Shown in pieces: positions 48,100-59,277 of a stretch of DNA of 64,000 bases. The stretch's first letter is position 1, and each line of letters opens with the position of its first letter. The DNA is from Candidatus Hydrothermarchaeum profundi. GTDB lineage: Archaea > Hydrothermarchaeota > Hydrothermarchaeia > Hydrothermarchaeales > Hydrothermarchaeaceae. The stretch is from NCBI GenBank assembly GCA_002011125.2, contig MTMF02000009.1, forward strand, positions 288,001 through 352,000, written 5' to 3'. The position numbers were made by a program, and so were the translations under genes. Under the pieces are notes generated by a model. That model did no database searches and had not been told where the DNA came from. It saw only the letters and a list, made by a program, of their open reading frames with translations.

Positions 48100-48888
48100 G
48101 TGTTTATTTGTCCCGTATGTAAGAATATTCTAAAGAAGGAAGTAGTTTCATATATTTGTGAAGTTTGTGAAACTAGATATCCAATTAAAGGAAATGTACC
48201 GATTCTCTTAAAAGATGAAATCCAAAAGGCATTGATCGAGAGGGACAGAGAATTACTTAACGCTTTTGAAATTTATAATAGACCTCCAAGACTTGCATAT
48301 TTGCAATGCAACAAATTAATTTCCAAAAAAAATAAAAAAATTTTAGATCTGGGCGCAGGATATGGTGGGTTGTCAAAATTATTGTTTGAACAAAATAAAG
48401 AGGTATATGCAATGGATATATCCCCCAATATTGCTATTGAAGTTTCTAAATTTGCTCCATTCCCGTATATTGTTGGAGAAGCTGAGAATATACCTTTTGA
48501 AGATAATTTTTTTGATACTGTTGTATCCATCCAATCTTTTCCACATTTTATAAACCCTGAAAGAGTTGTTAAAGAAATGAGACGTGTTTTAGTAGAAAAA
48601 GGGGAAGTAATAATTACTATTGAGAATATTATATGGTTCTATTATAGAATTTTGATGGTGTTAGGAAAATGGGGGCAGATAGCAGAGAAAAATGGACGGC
48701 ATTTTATTAGTTCGATGTATTCCTATAGTGATTTATTAAAACTTTTCAAAAAGCAGGGATTTGAACCAATTGCTGACGCATCTACTGTTATTTACATTAA
48801 TAAGAATAAAAAAAAGATTATAACAATACCTCTATTCAAAAATTTATTGTCAATTAATTATGCTATTAAATTTAAACTGAAGAAGTGA
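48100..48888 (+). CDS. SAM methyltransferase with N-terminal Trm112-like Zn finger
   Basis: CPVC..CEVC..YPIKGNVP; LDLGAGYG. Confidence 0.85.
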   Translation: MFICPVCKNILKKEVVSYICEVCETRYPIKGNVPILLKDEIQKALIERDRELLNAFEIYNRPPRLAYLQCNKLISKKNKKILDLGAGYGGLSKLLFEQNKEVYAMDISPNIAIEVSKFAPFPYIVGEAENIPFEDNFFDTVVSIQSFPHFINPERVVKEMRRVLVEKGEVIITIENIIWFYYRILMVLGKWGQIAEKNGRHFISSMYSYSDLLKLFKKQGFEPIADASTVIYINKNKKKIITIPLFKNLLSINYAIKFKLKK

Positions 48889-48892
48889 TGTT

Positions 48893-49693
48893 ATGAAATT
48901 TGTAGTCAGAGATGATGATACAAATTTTTTTACAAAGCCTGAAGAGTTAAAGAGATTATATTCTGATTTGTGGGATATAGCACCTATATCTATTGCGGTT
49001 GTTCCTTTTCATTCATGTACTAAAACTCAGGCCATTCCAAAAAAATATTGGAAAGGAGACTTAGAATTTCCATTACTCCGCAATAAATCTCTAATTGATT
49101 ATCTAAAAAAACAAGTAAAAAATGAAAGAGCTGAAATACTATTACATGGTTACAATCACATTAAATATCAAAATGGCTTTGAATTTGAAGTCGATAATAA
49201 TTTATACGAAAAAGTTAAAAAAGGAAAAAACTATCTCTCAGAGATTTTCTCACAGGAAATAACCACCTTTGTGCCACCTAATAATACTCTCTCAATTGAA
49301 GGAACCAAAGCAATTGAAAAAAACAGTTTAAATGTTTTAATTTCCTTTTCCCACCAAATATGGGAACGGCCTATAGACATTTATAATATAACAAACTTTT
49401 TACGAATGTTCCATTTTTGGCTCCGTTACGGTAAATCCAAGAGATATCCTCATGTTTTAAAATTTAAAGGCCATAAAGAATTCGGATGCTATCATCTTAT
49501 TCCTTCTATACCATTTAAAGAATTAATTGAAGGTCTAGAATTTGCATACAAAATGGGTGGAGATTTCTGTGTGGCAATTCACTATTGGGAGACCTTAAAA
49601 TATAATCTAAAACCCTATTTAATTGAATTGATTAAACATGCTAAAAAATTGGGTAATGTAGAGTTTGTTACTGCAAAAGAATTATGGAGATGA
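48893..49693 (+). CDS. DUF2334/NodB-like polysaccharide deacetylase
   Basis: RDDD, LHGYNH, FVPPNN, IHYWE. Confidence 0.85.
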   Translation: MKFVVRDDDTNFFTKPEELKRLYSDLWDIAPISIAVVPFHSCTKTQAIPKKYWKGDLEFPLLRNKSLIDYLKKQVKNERAEILLHGYNHIKYQNGFEFEVDNNLYEKVKKGKNYLSEIFSQEITTFVPPNNTLSIEGTKAIEKNSLNVLISFSHQIWERPIDIYNITNFLRMFHFWLRYGKSKRYPHVLKFKGHKEFGCYHLIPSIPFKELIEGLEFAYKMGGDFCVAIHYWETLKYNLKPYLIELIKHAKKLGNVEFVTAKELWR

Positions 49694-49702
49694 TAGTGCA
49701 AT

Positions 49703-50814
49703 ATGAAAATACTTTTTATCTCAAGGGAGATGTGTATGAATCGGGGTGGAGGCGAGGTCAATGATCTTAATCTAGCTAAACAATTCAAGGAAAAAAAAGA
49801 CGAAATTATTTTTGTTTGCCGTAAACCTTTGAGTAGTAGGGTGGAGATTCCCTTACTGGAGTTTCCAACAATTCTAGTTTCCTCCCCTTATTTATATGGC
49901 ATATCGCAAAGGTTTCCTTCAATGCTTGGTAAAATCATGCGATTCTTAGATTCTTTCTTATTTGGATGTTTATTAGTTAGACACATTAAAAAGCTTGATT
50001 TTGATATTATCCATGTAACAGATATGCCGCCAGTTGTTATATTCAAAAAATTTATTAAAAAACCTGCTGTATATTCAATAAGGGGGGTTATATCGCCTTA
50101 TTATAAAAAATTGCTCAAAAATTTTGATGGATTCATTGCTTGGGGAAGTTCATACGATATTATTAAAAAAGAATTAGATAGCTCTAAAATAATTCATTTA
50201 AATCCTGGAGTTGATACTAACCTTTTTACACGATGTGACACCACTAACCTAAAGAAAAAATATAACTTATGTGGAAAAGTGGTTTTATTATTTGTGGGCC
50301 GATTTGTATATTTGAAGAATCTACCTTTTCTTTTAAAAGCTTTCCGAAGATTATCTAATTATAGTAATAAATATGTACTTATGCTTGTAGGTGATGGACC
50401 ACTTATCGGGAATATAAAAAAAAAGCAAAAGAGCTAAAAATAGAAGATCGTACAATTTTTGTTGGTCATATAGAACATAAAGATTTGAATAAATATTACT
50501 CTGTTGCAGACATTTTTGTAATTACCTCTCATTATGAAAATTTTCCAATAACTGTACTGGAAGCTATGAGCTGCGAACTTCCTATATTAGCGCCTAGGGT
50601 AGGAGGGATTCCACTTCTTGTTGAAAATGGAATTAATGGATTTTTGTATGAACCCGGTGATATAAACAGCTTCATAAATGGTATTGACAAAATAATGTCA
50701 GCTGATAGAAAAAGGATTGGCGAAATTAATCGTGAAAAGATTTTCAAAAAATATAATTGGGAAAGAATTTCGGAGATAATAAGAAATTTTTATTATGAAA
50801 TTTTGAAGTCATAA
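49703..50814 (+). pseudogene. GT4 glycosyltransferase split by poly-A frameshift
   Basis: A9 at 50416-50424; A10 would read IKKKAKELKIEDRTIFVG..ENFPITVLEAMS. Confidence 0.85.
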
Positions 50815-50832
50815 AAATAGAGGAGATTATAT

Positions 50833-51675
50833 ATGGGTTCAAAATTTGGTTGGGGAGTACTAGAAAATGGAGAAGAAATGTGGTATTCTGAACCTATTTT
50901 TAAAAAAATGAGTTTATTTGAAAGAATAAAATGGTTCTTAACAGTCAAAAAATATATGGTTGAAAAAATGTTAGATCCTAGCCCTTCAAGTGTTATTTTA
51001 GATTATGGATGTGGAACTGGATCCTATGCTATTGATCTATCTAAAAAAAGAAATGTATTTATAATAGGAGTTGACATCTTTGAAAACCAATTAAAAATTG
51101 CAAGAGAACTTTCAAAGATGTATAATGGCAACTGCAAATTTTTTAGAATTGATAGATATAATATTCCATTTGAGGATAATTACTTTGATGGTTTTGTTTC
51201 TTTAGATGTTTTAGGACATATTGTTGATCTAGAAAAAGCTTTAAATGAAATCAACAGAGTTCTTAAGCCAGGGGGAATTGGCGCAATCTTTTCTGAAAGT
51301 GCATTAACGAAATGGAATTTAATAAAATATTACCTTGCAAAAAATGGGGTAGTAATAGATAAACATTTTAAATTTCACGTGAACTTAAAAAGAAAGCACG
51401 AACTTAAAAAAATTTTAGAAAATTCTGGATTTAAAGTTGAACGTATATATTCCTTAAAGACCTTGCTTTTTTTTACTGATCCAAGCGGCTACTATGAGGC
51501 GTTAAAAAATAGGAATGACTTCAAATTAATAAAATATTTTAGTTATTTTTTATCGAATATCGAAAAAATACCCATATATAAGATGTTATCTTCAATTTAC
51601 ACATATTTTGAATTATTTACATTGGGAAGAATTTCAGAAAGTCAAGGACTATTGATTAAAGTAAAAAAAATATAA
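50833..51675 (+). CDS. Class I SAM-dependent methyltransferase
   Basis: LDYGCGTG, DVLGHI, RVLKPGG. Confidence 0.9.
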   Translation: MGSKFGWGVLENGEEMWYSEPIFKKMSLFERIKWFLTVKKYMVEKMLDPSPSSVILDYGCGTGSYAIDLSKKRNVFIIGVDIFENQLKIARELSKMYNGNCKFFRIDRYNIPFEDNYFDGFVSLDVLGHIVDLEKALNEINRVLKPGGIGAIFSESALTKWNLIKYYLAKNGVVIDKHFKFHVNLKRKHELKKILENSGFKVERIYSLKTLLFFTDPSGYYEALKNRNDFKLIKYFSYFLSNIEKIPIYKMLSSIYTYFELFTLGRISESQGLLIKVKKI

Positions 51676-51709
51676 AAATACCATCATATTTTTTGAATAG
51701 GTATCCAAT

Positions 51710-53143
51710 ATGTTATACCATCAACCAATAAAGGAGCCAGTAACAGTCTTGGGGGCACCTTCTGGGTCAGTAATCGTCTTTTCATTGTCTGAATTACTAT
51801 GGTTATCTGTATTAGCATTTTTTATTCTTCTTTTCATTAAAAAACGTCAAAAAGTATTGTTAATTATTATTGCTTTGAGTATGCCTTTAACGACAGAATT
51901 TATTTTCCAAATCGGAATTTCAATAACTCTTGGATATTTTTTCGGATTACTACTATGTATATATTTTTGGTTAGATACGATGTCCAGAAGACGTAAGATA
52001 TACTTTGATAGGAATATACTAATTACATTTTATGTGATTATATTTATCTCTATTATTTCATTAGTGTTCGCTCCGGAGATACCAAAAAACCTTACTTTCG
52101 ACATTTTTGGAAGAAGAAATCCTACAATTAGAGGAATCACAGAATTACTTAGATGGGTTTTTACTTTTCTTGTAATAATAGCCGTTTATAATGCCGTCAA
52201 TAAAGAAAAAGATCTCCAAGAAATATTACATTGGCATGTTTTTTCAGGCACTTTAGTGTCCTTTTCATCTTTGAGTATATTGTTTTTGACTTATCTAAAT
52301 GTTTTATCAAACGACATTTCAGCGATTGTTATAGAACCTGGGGGTAGAATATTACGCTTATCAGGGTTTAATCAAGAACCGAGTGTTTTCGCCTTTTATT
52401 TATTAACCGTTATTGGGTTTACATATATTTTCATTTTAAACAAACAGAAAATTTTAGGGAAATTAAATCCAAAAATGGCATTGTTTGCCCAACTATTAGC
52501 GTTTTTATTCACTTATTCAACGGGAGGGTTAATAACTTTTATTTTAGCACTTATTGCAGTAGTCGCCTTTTCATCGAGATCTAATTTACTTCAATTACGG
52601 TTTTGCGTCCCCAAAAAAATAGGTATAATCAGTGCGGTTTTACTATCTGGTGTATTATTCATAACTGTAATCGGGATGGTAGTCCAATCCCCATCTTTCA
52701 TATACAGTGTGTACATGGAAAAGATAGCAAGTTCATTAACAACAGCCAGAGGTGGACGCTATTTAACTGATCTGACAGTAATATATAATCATCCTCTTAC
52801 AGGTGTAGGCATTGGAAAATACCCTTACTTTTTCGACACTTATAAACCAGATTGGGGCGTTACCGGTGGTTTCTCAGGTCCCGGCTCTATGATTTTGGGT
52901 GTGTTTGCAACCACAGGAATCTTTGGGTTTATAGCTTTTCTATTCTTTTTCTATTTATTCCATAAAAGACTACTAGTAGCCTTTAAGAAGTCCTTATATA
53001 AAGAAAATAACATTTTTATTGCAAATTATTTCACATTTTGGGTTATTTTTTTCCATCTTTTAATTCAAAAGAATTTCTTGGACATGTTTACTATATTTAT
53101 TTTAGGTGTTTTATTAGCTAGTACAAAGCTACACGATTCCTAA
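51710..53143 (+). CDS. Wzy polymerase / O-antigen ligase family membrane protein
   Basis: About 12 TM, RLSGFNQEPS, TYSTGG, HPLTGVGIG. Confidence 0.82.
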   Translation: MLYHQPIKEPVTVLGAPSGSVIVFSLSELLWLSVLAFFILLFIKKRQKVLLIIIALSMPLTTEFIFQIGISITLGYFFGLLLCIYFWLDTMSRRRKIYFDRNILITFYVIIFISIISLVFAPEIPKNLTFDIFGRRNPTIRGITELLRWVFTFLVIIAVYNAVNKEKDLQEILHWHVFSGTLVSFSSLSILFLTYLNVLSNDISAIVIEPGGRILRLSGFNQEPSVFAFYLLTVIGFTYIFILNKQKILGKLNPKMALFAQLLAFLFTYSTGGLITFILALIAVVAFSSRSNLLQLRFCVPKKIGIISAVLLSGVLFITVIGMVVQSPSFIYSVYMEKIASSLTTARGGRYLTDLTVIYNHPLTGVGIGKYPYFFDTYKPDWGVTGGFSGPGSMILGVFATTGIFGFIAFLFFFYLFHKRLLVAFKKSLYKENNIFIANYFTFWVIFFHLLIQKNFLDMFTIFILGVLLASTKLHDS

Positions 53144-53249
53144 TATTGGAAGTACATCGACCCATGACAATGAAGTTATTAAAATATAAACTTGATAATA
53201 TGAATTCAGAGTTAATTTCGAAATAAATTAGATGACAATCGGTGTATAA

Positions 53250-54413
53250 ATGGTTGCAAAGAATAAAATCCGTCTTGCTTTCTTAATCAACTCTTTCACT
53301 GTAGGCGGTGCTGAAAAAGCTTTAGTAAGGATTTTATCTTCTCTTAACACGGAAAAGTATGAAATAACTGTAATTTCCTTGAGAAAAGATGGAGGAGAAA
53401 TTCTCTCAGATTTAAAGATGCTTCAAACTGATTTGGTAGATTTAGATGCGTCATCTAAAATAGATATTTTTGCCATCTATCGTTTATTCAAGTTGATAAG
53501 AGAAAAAAAAATTGATGTTTTGATAGCATCGCTCTTCCATTCCACTATTATAGCTAGAGTTATAGGAAGACTTGCAGGTGTACCAACCATTATGAATTGG
53601 GAGCATAACGAGAACTTTGGCGGATTACATAGAATATTATTGAATAGGTTGACTCACAGCTTGTCCGACAGGATTATAGCAGATTCAGAACATGTGAAAA
53701 AGGCCGTAATTAAGACACTTAAAGTAGATGAAAGTAAAGTGTCTACAGTACCAATTGGTGGGATAAATATAGAAGAGTTTACGCCCATTGATTACTTTAA
53801 ATCGAAAGATAAGTTAACTATTGGGTCTGTCGGTATATTATCAAAACAAAAAGGGTATGAATATTTGCTAGAAGCTATAAAGACTATAAACAGCAGATAC
53901 AAAAACATTAGATTCGTAATAGTCGGGGATGGATCAGAAAGAAAGAAGCTTGAGAGAATGGCAGAAAAGTTATCAATACAGAATGTAGAATTTTGGGGAT
54001 ATAGGAAAGATATACCCAATATCTTGGCAACTTTTGACATTTATGTACAACCATCTTTATGGGAGGGACTGTGTATATCTGTAATAGAAGCGATGGCTTG
54101 TGGGCTGCCCATTGTCGCAACTAAAGTAGGGGGTATACCTGAATCTATTATCGATGGAGAAAATGGCTTCTTAGTTCCACCAAGAAATCATGAAAAACTT
54201 TCTGAGGCACTTAGTAAGTTGATTGAAGACCCTAAACTTAGAGAATTAATGGGAAAAAGGAACAGAGAAAAAGCAAAAACAAAATATTCCTTGAGAAAAA
54301 TGATAAAAAAATTGGAAAAAATTGTAGATACGGAAATAAAAAATAAGGATCCTCGATATGACTCAAATCAAAGTTCTTCATATAATAACACGCTTTCTCA
54401 AGGGCGGCACTGA
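53250..54413 (+). CDS. GT4 glycosyltransferase
   Basis: GGAEK, QKGY, PSLWEGLCISVIEAMA. Confidence 0.93.
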   Translation: MVAKNKIRLAFLINSFTVGGAEKALVRILSSLNTEKYEITVISLRKDGGEILSDLKMLQTDLVDLDASSKIDIFAIYRLFKLIREKKIDVLIASLFHSTIIARVIGRLAGVPTIMNWEHNENFGGLHRILLNRLTHSLSDRIIADSEHVKKAVIKTLKVDESKVSTVPIGGINIEEFTPIDYFKSKDKLTIGSVGILSKQKGYEYLLEAIKTINSRYKNIRFVIVGDGSERKKLERMAEKLSIQNVEFWGYRKDIPNILATFDIYVQPSLWEGLCISVIEAMACGLPIVATKVGGIPESIIDGENGFLVPPRNHEKLSEALSKLIEDPKLRELMGKRNREKAKTKYSLRKMIKKLEKIVDTEIKNKDPRYDSNQSSSYNNTLSQGRH

Positions 54414-55509
54414 GAAAAATGTCTTATATTCAATAGAAGCGCTCCCTAAGGAGAAATACCGAGTAGAACTTATGGTAGGCAGGGACTCTGATTTATCACT
54501 TATACCAAATTCAATTAAAGTCATAAAAATTGATAGCCTTGTCCGAAGTGCTAATTTATTGAGTAATCTTCAGGCAGTAATTGAGATTTACAAAATTCTA
54601 AAAATTGGAAAGTACGACATCGTTCACACACACCAAGCCAATGCAGGTATGGCAGGAAGATTGGCTGCGAAGCTTGCTGGTGTGCCGATAATAATTCATG
54701 GATTGCATGGTTCTACCTTTTATCCCACCCAGAATATGATAGTAAGAAAATTTTATGTGCTATTAGAAAAAATGGCAGCAAAATTTACCACCTGTTTCAT
54801 CAGCGTTGGATATGACCTGAGAGACAGATATCTCAAGGTAGGGATAGGGAAAAGGAAGGATTACTATATAATCAGGAGCGGAATCGAGCTTGAAAAATTT
54901 TCCAATGCAGGTAATATGCACCATGAAGATATCCGTAACAAGAGAAAAGAGTTTGAGGCAAATGAGGATGATGTCCTTATAAGTGTAGTAGCTGCATTAG
55001 AGCCAAGAAAAGGGCATATTTATATGATAGAGGTTGCTAAAAGACTACGGGATAAAAACGTAAAGTTTCTTTTCGTTGGTGATGGATGGTATAAAGAAAA
55101 GTTGCAAAAGAAAGTTTTAGAAGAAGGACTTGAAGATAAAATAAAATTTCTTGGATATAGAGAAGATGTAGAAAAAGTTATGGCTGCGTGTGACATCCTA
55201 GCGCTTACATCCCTATGGGAAGGACTACCTCAAGTGTTAGTCCAGGGGGCTGCAGTTGGAAAACCAATGGTTTCTTTTGCTGTAGAGGGTGCCAATGACA
55301 TTATAAAAAATGGTGTTAATGGATTTGTGGTTCCTATTGAAGATGTAGATGGATTTGCAGAAAAACTTAAATATCTCATTGAAAATCCTGAAGAGGCAAG
55401 AAAGATGGGAAAAAAAGGCAGAGAAATAATAGGTGATGAATGGGAAATATCAAAGATGCAAAAAAAAATTAGAGAGCTTTATGACGGTTTAGTAGAAAAA
55501 CATCTATGA
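54358..55509 (+). CDS. GT4 glycosyltransferase
   Basis: GGTEKN, RKGH, SLWEGLPQVLVQ. Confidence 0.93.
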   Translation: MTQIKVLHIITRFLKGGTEKNVLYSIEALPKEKYRVELMVGRDSDLSLIPNSIKVIKIDSLVRSANLLSNLQAVIEIYKILKIGKYDIVHTHQANAGMAGRLAAKLAGVPIIIHGLHGSTFYPTQNMIVRKFYVLLEKMAAKFTTCFISVGYDLRDRYLKVGIGKRKDYYIIRSGIELEKFSNAGNMHHEDIRNKRKEFEANEDDVLISVVAALEPRKGHIYMIEVAKRLRDKNVKFLFVGDGWYKEKLQKKVLEEGLEDKIKFLGYREDVEKVMAACDILALTSLWEGLPQVLVQGAAVGKPMVSFAVEGANDIIKNGVNGFVVPIEDVDGFAEKLKYLIENPEEARKMGKKGREIIGDEWEISKMQKKIRELYDGLVEKHL

Positions 55510-55591
55510 AATCTCTAATAAGCGGTCTGCAGGTTTTATCGGCCCTCATATGATAGAGAGATTCATAAAAGATAGTGCTGGAGTAGCATGA
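55506..55591 (+). pseudogene. N-terminal stub of NAD-dependent epimerase
   Basis: MKSLISG/SAGFIGPHMIERF; ATG overlaps the GT4 stop. Confidence 0.55.
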
Positions 55592-55712
55592 AGCCTGATA
55601 ATTAAGGAGTATACAGCTTAGGGAGAAGCAAAAGAAATGATGAAGAAATAACGAATTCAAGCTTTTACAAGCCAAAAAACAACTTTAAATATCTTCTTCC
55701 CAATCTAAGGAT

Positions 55713-56711
55713 ATGGAGTTCCTATTGATACTGCTCTTAGGAAGCATAAGCTTCCTCATAACCTTCATTTCCCTGCCCTCATGGATACGGAGAGCAAAAA
55801 AAACAGGCTTTACCGGGAAAGATGTCCATAAAGGAAATAGCGAAGTAGCCGAGCTTGGAGGCATCACAATAATACTAGGGGTAGTAGCCTCCCTACTAAT
55901 ATATATCGCCCTCGAGACCTTCATTTTCAAGGGAAACTCCCTGAACTTTCTTCTCGCAGCTATAACAACCATACTCATCGCCACCATGATAGGCATGACC
56001 GACGACATGCTGGGCTGGCAGATCGGCCTGAGGCAGAGAGAAAAAGTGCTCCTGACCTTCCTTGTGCCAATACCTATGATGGCGGTGAACGCTGGCCACA
56101 GCATGATGCGCTTCCCTTTTCTCGGCGACATAGAATTCGGCATATTGTACCCACTACTGATCATACCAATAGGAATAATAGGAACCACCAACGGCTTCAA
56201 CATGCTAGCTGGCTACAACGGTCTTGAGGCAGGGATGGGGACGATAATACTCTCAGCCATGGGATACATAGCATGGAGAGTAGGAGACATCCCAGCAGTA
56301 GTGATATGCATATCCATGATCGCAGCACTAATAGCCTTTCTCTACTATAACAAATACCCCTCCAAAGTATTCCCAGGAGACGTACTGACCTACCCACTAG
56401 GGGCAATGATATCTGTAGTGGCAATCCTAGCTAACATAGAGAGGTTCGCGGTCATGCTATTCTTCCCCTACTATATAGAGCTCCTTTTCAAGGCGAGAGG
56501 CAAGTTCAGGCCAGAATGGCCTGCAATGGTTCTAGAGGACGGAAGCCTAACAGTAAAAGACAAATGCTACAGCGTACCACACCTAGCAATAAAAATACTG
56601 AGAAAAATCAAGGGAAAAGCCTACGAATATGAGGTCGTACTACTGATACTAGCCTTCCAACTACTAGTGGCCTTGATCACCCTCTACTCCTTCGGACTGC
56701 CAGTATTCTAA
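55713..56711 (+). CDS. aglH: UDP-GlcNAc:dolichyl-phosphate GlcNAc-1-phosphate transferase (MraY/GPT family)
   Basis: GKDVHK, AELGG, GMTDD, NMLAGYNGLEAG, YPSKVFPGD. Confidence 0.88.
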   Translation: MEFLLILLLGSISFLITFISLPSWIRRAKKTGFTGKDVHKGNSEVAELGGITIILGVVASLLIYIALETFIFKGNSLNFLLAAITTILIATMIGMTDDMLGWQIGLRQREKVLLTFLVPIPMMAVNAGHSMMRFPFLGDIEFGILYPLLIIPIGIIGTTNGFNMLAGYNGLEAGMGTIILSAMGYIAWRVGDIPAVVICISMIAALIAFLYYNKYPSKVFPGDVLTYPLGAMISVVAILANIERFAVMLFFPYYIELLFKARGKFRPEWPAMVLEDGSLTVKDKCYSVPHLAIKILRKIKGKAYEYEVVLLILAFQLLVALITLYSFGLPVF

Positions 56712-56835
56712 TGACGGGGCGTGGTAAAGAAACTCAAAAATACTTACAAGCGAAGGTTGGAAAATATAGAATCAAGCATGAATGTCTTATTTACAAGACA
56801 AAAAGCATTTAAATATTCTATATATAGAACAAAAT

Positions 56836-58162
56836 ATGACAGAGAAAACGAATGCTATAGTTGTTTTAAAGGAATGGTTTGAGAGTAATTTGCCAGAAAC
56901 GATCGAAAGAGAAGTAGCTTATAGAGACTTTATTCCTCTAAAACAATGTCTTGGTATAATAGGCGTTAGAAGAGCGGGTAAAACCTTCTTTATGTTCCAG
57001 TTAATAAAAGAAATCAAGAAAAACGTAATATATGTTAATCTTGAAGACCGCAGACTTATGCCTTTAACAGAAAAGAGCCTTGACACAATCTATGAAGCCT
57101 TTATAGAGAATTTCGATTATGACAAAAATGAAAGGCTCTTTTTCTTTCTAGATGAAGTACAAAATGTTCCTTCATGGGAAAGGTTTGTTAGAAATTTCTA
57201 CGACAAAGGCACGATAAAGTTTTTTTATCTCAGGCTCTTCTTCGAAGATTCTGAAAACAGAGCTTTCCACTCTACTAACCGGTAGGATAATAACAATAGA
57301 GATGTGCCCATTTTCTTTCAGGGAATTCCTTAAGGCAAAAGGATACGATGAAGAGCTAAAAGATAAGCTTTTATTTTACTCTCCAAAGATTCATGAGATA
57401 AAAAGACTTTTTAGGGAGTATCTAGAACTAGGAGGTTTTCCAGAGTGCGTTTTAACCGAGAAAGAAAATATCAAATTAACTCTCCTGCGGGAATATCTAG
57501 ACGGGATAATAAATAGAGACATTATATCTCGATATAAAATCAAAAACAGAGCCCTACTTGAAAATCTAGTGAACTACCTTTTCTCATGCGTTTCCTCTCC
57601 CTTCAGCTTTTCTAAGGCGCATAGGTTCTTCAAATCACAGGGGATAAAGGTAGGGAAGCAAACCCTCATCGAGTATTTTTCATATCTAAACCAAGTCTTT
57701 CTCTTCTTTTCAACGCCGATATTCTCCTATAAAATAAAAGACGCTATGAGATACCCAGTAAAAATTTACTGCATAGATAATGGATTTTTAAAAGTAGCCA
57801 CACCAAAAATTTCAGAAGATTTTGAGAAACTTGCAGAGAACCTTGTTTTTATAGAGTTAAAAAGAAACTCTACCCCATTTGAAAGAATTTTTTATTGGAA
57901 AGATAAGAAAGGGAGGGAAGTAGATTTTATCATAAAAGATGAATTAAAAGTTAAACAACTAATTCAAGTCTGCTGGGATATAAGCGACCCTGATACCAAA
58001 CAAAGAGAACTAAAAGCCCTAATAAAAGCCATGGAGGAATTCAAGCTAAATGAGAGCTTAGTGATCACGGGAGACCATGAAGGAGAAGAAGTGATAAAAA
58101 ACAAAAAAATAGTCTACAAGCCCCTATGGAAATGGATACTAGAAGACAAAGGCCCCCTTTAA
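56836..58162 (+). pseudogene. AAA_14/DUF4143 ATPase, frameshifted
   Basis: T7 at 57220-57226; T6 would restore KFFISGSSSKIL..LTGR; GVRRAGKT, LDEVQ, GGFPE, EVDF. Confidence 0.85.
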
Positions 58163-58225
58163 AAAAAGAACAAGCCTCCCTAGAGCCTACTAAAAGAAAA
58201 TTCGTAGAGCATAAATTTTTTCCAA

Positions 58226-58612
58226 TTAAGGAATAGTGACTACCCTTTCCTTTACCGCAACCTTCCTCTGTTTTTGATCCAAAGTAAGCAACCTCGCACT
58301 CATCTCCTTGGCCAGCTCTATATAAAGAGAATCATATACCGTTAAATTTTCCCTCAATGCTAGGTTGAAGGCATTGCCCATAAGAGCTAGCTGAGATTTA
58401 AATTCTATAATTTCTGCAAACTTGATAAGCGCTCTATAACAAGTCCTTAAGGCTGCCTCATCGATTCTCGCCTGCTCAAATGCTATTGTAAGTGCATTTG
58501 CCGCCTCTTTTACCACCAAATCTAGACTGTAGAGGTCCTCATGTAAAAAGCTCTCTAGATCTTCTTCTCCAAGCAAGTACGCAACCAGCGCAGAAGCATC
58601 AATGACTATCAC
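58226..58612 (-). CDS. PIN-domain VapC toxin
   Basis: IVIDASAL, E..NAL, TVYDSLYI, LLTLD. Confidence 0.92.
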   Translation of the reverse strand: MIVIDASALVAYLLGEEDLESFLHEDLYSLDLVVKEAANALTIAFEQARIDEAALRTCYRALIKFAEIIEFKSQLALMGNAFNLALRENLTVYDSLYIELAKEMSARLLTLDQKQRKVAVKERVVTIP

Positions 58613-58817
58613 GATCCTCCCTCAACAAGGCTGAAGCCGTGCCTTTCGGCACATTAACTCCCTTTAGCATCTCCCGAATTTCTTTAAGCTTCTGCTCTTT
58701 TTCAACCTCCCTTATTTTCTTCAAAATAAAGCTCCTTACCTCTTCGCTCCAGTTAATCTTTACTTCCTTCATTCTTTTCTTAATTGCTTCAGGAACTTTA
58801 ACGCTTACAACCGCCAT
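58599..58817 (-). CDS. VapB-type antitoxin
   Basis: VVSVKVP..INWSEEVR..REDRD; overlaps vapC. Confidence 0.88.
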   Translation of the reverse strand: MAVVSVKVPEAIKKRMKEVKINWSEEVRSFILKKIREVEKEQKLKEIREMLKGVNVPKGTASALLREDRDSH

Positions 58818-59277
58818 GTAATACCATTGATATTACCATAATATAAACTTTTTGGTAATTATAAGGTAATACTTTGTATATTACCTTATGGTCTTTCCCA
58901 ATTGTCTTATGAGCATTAGCTGAACTAAAGTGCTTCACAACAATAATATGCGTATTGTGAATAGCCTTTCTTCTAGTATACCAATACTTATAGTCCACAC
59001 AAGTGTAAGAAAGCCCCTGAAGATGTCGCCTAAAATAATACCTCAAAAATCAAGAACGAACAAATAAAGGCGGAATGGCCCTATTTTCCAAGTCTGTGAG
59101 CAAATTATCACCACCTCTCTATAGCATACTATAAAAGTTAGTGTAAGGGAAATCTAAGAGTGCTGGTAAAGGCAATTAACACTAAAAAAGCCACAGAAGG
59201 AGAAGATGCAATAATTATTATAAAGTGATTATATGTGAGTCAGACTAGGGTATGGAAATAGCAATTATAGCTTTCCA

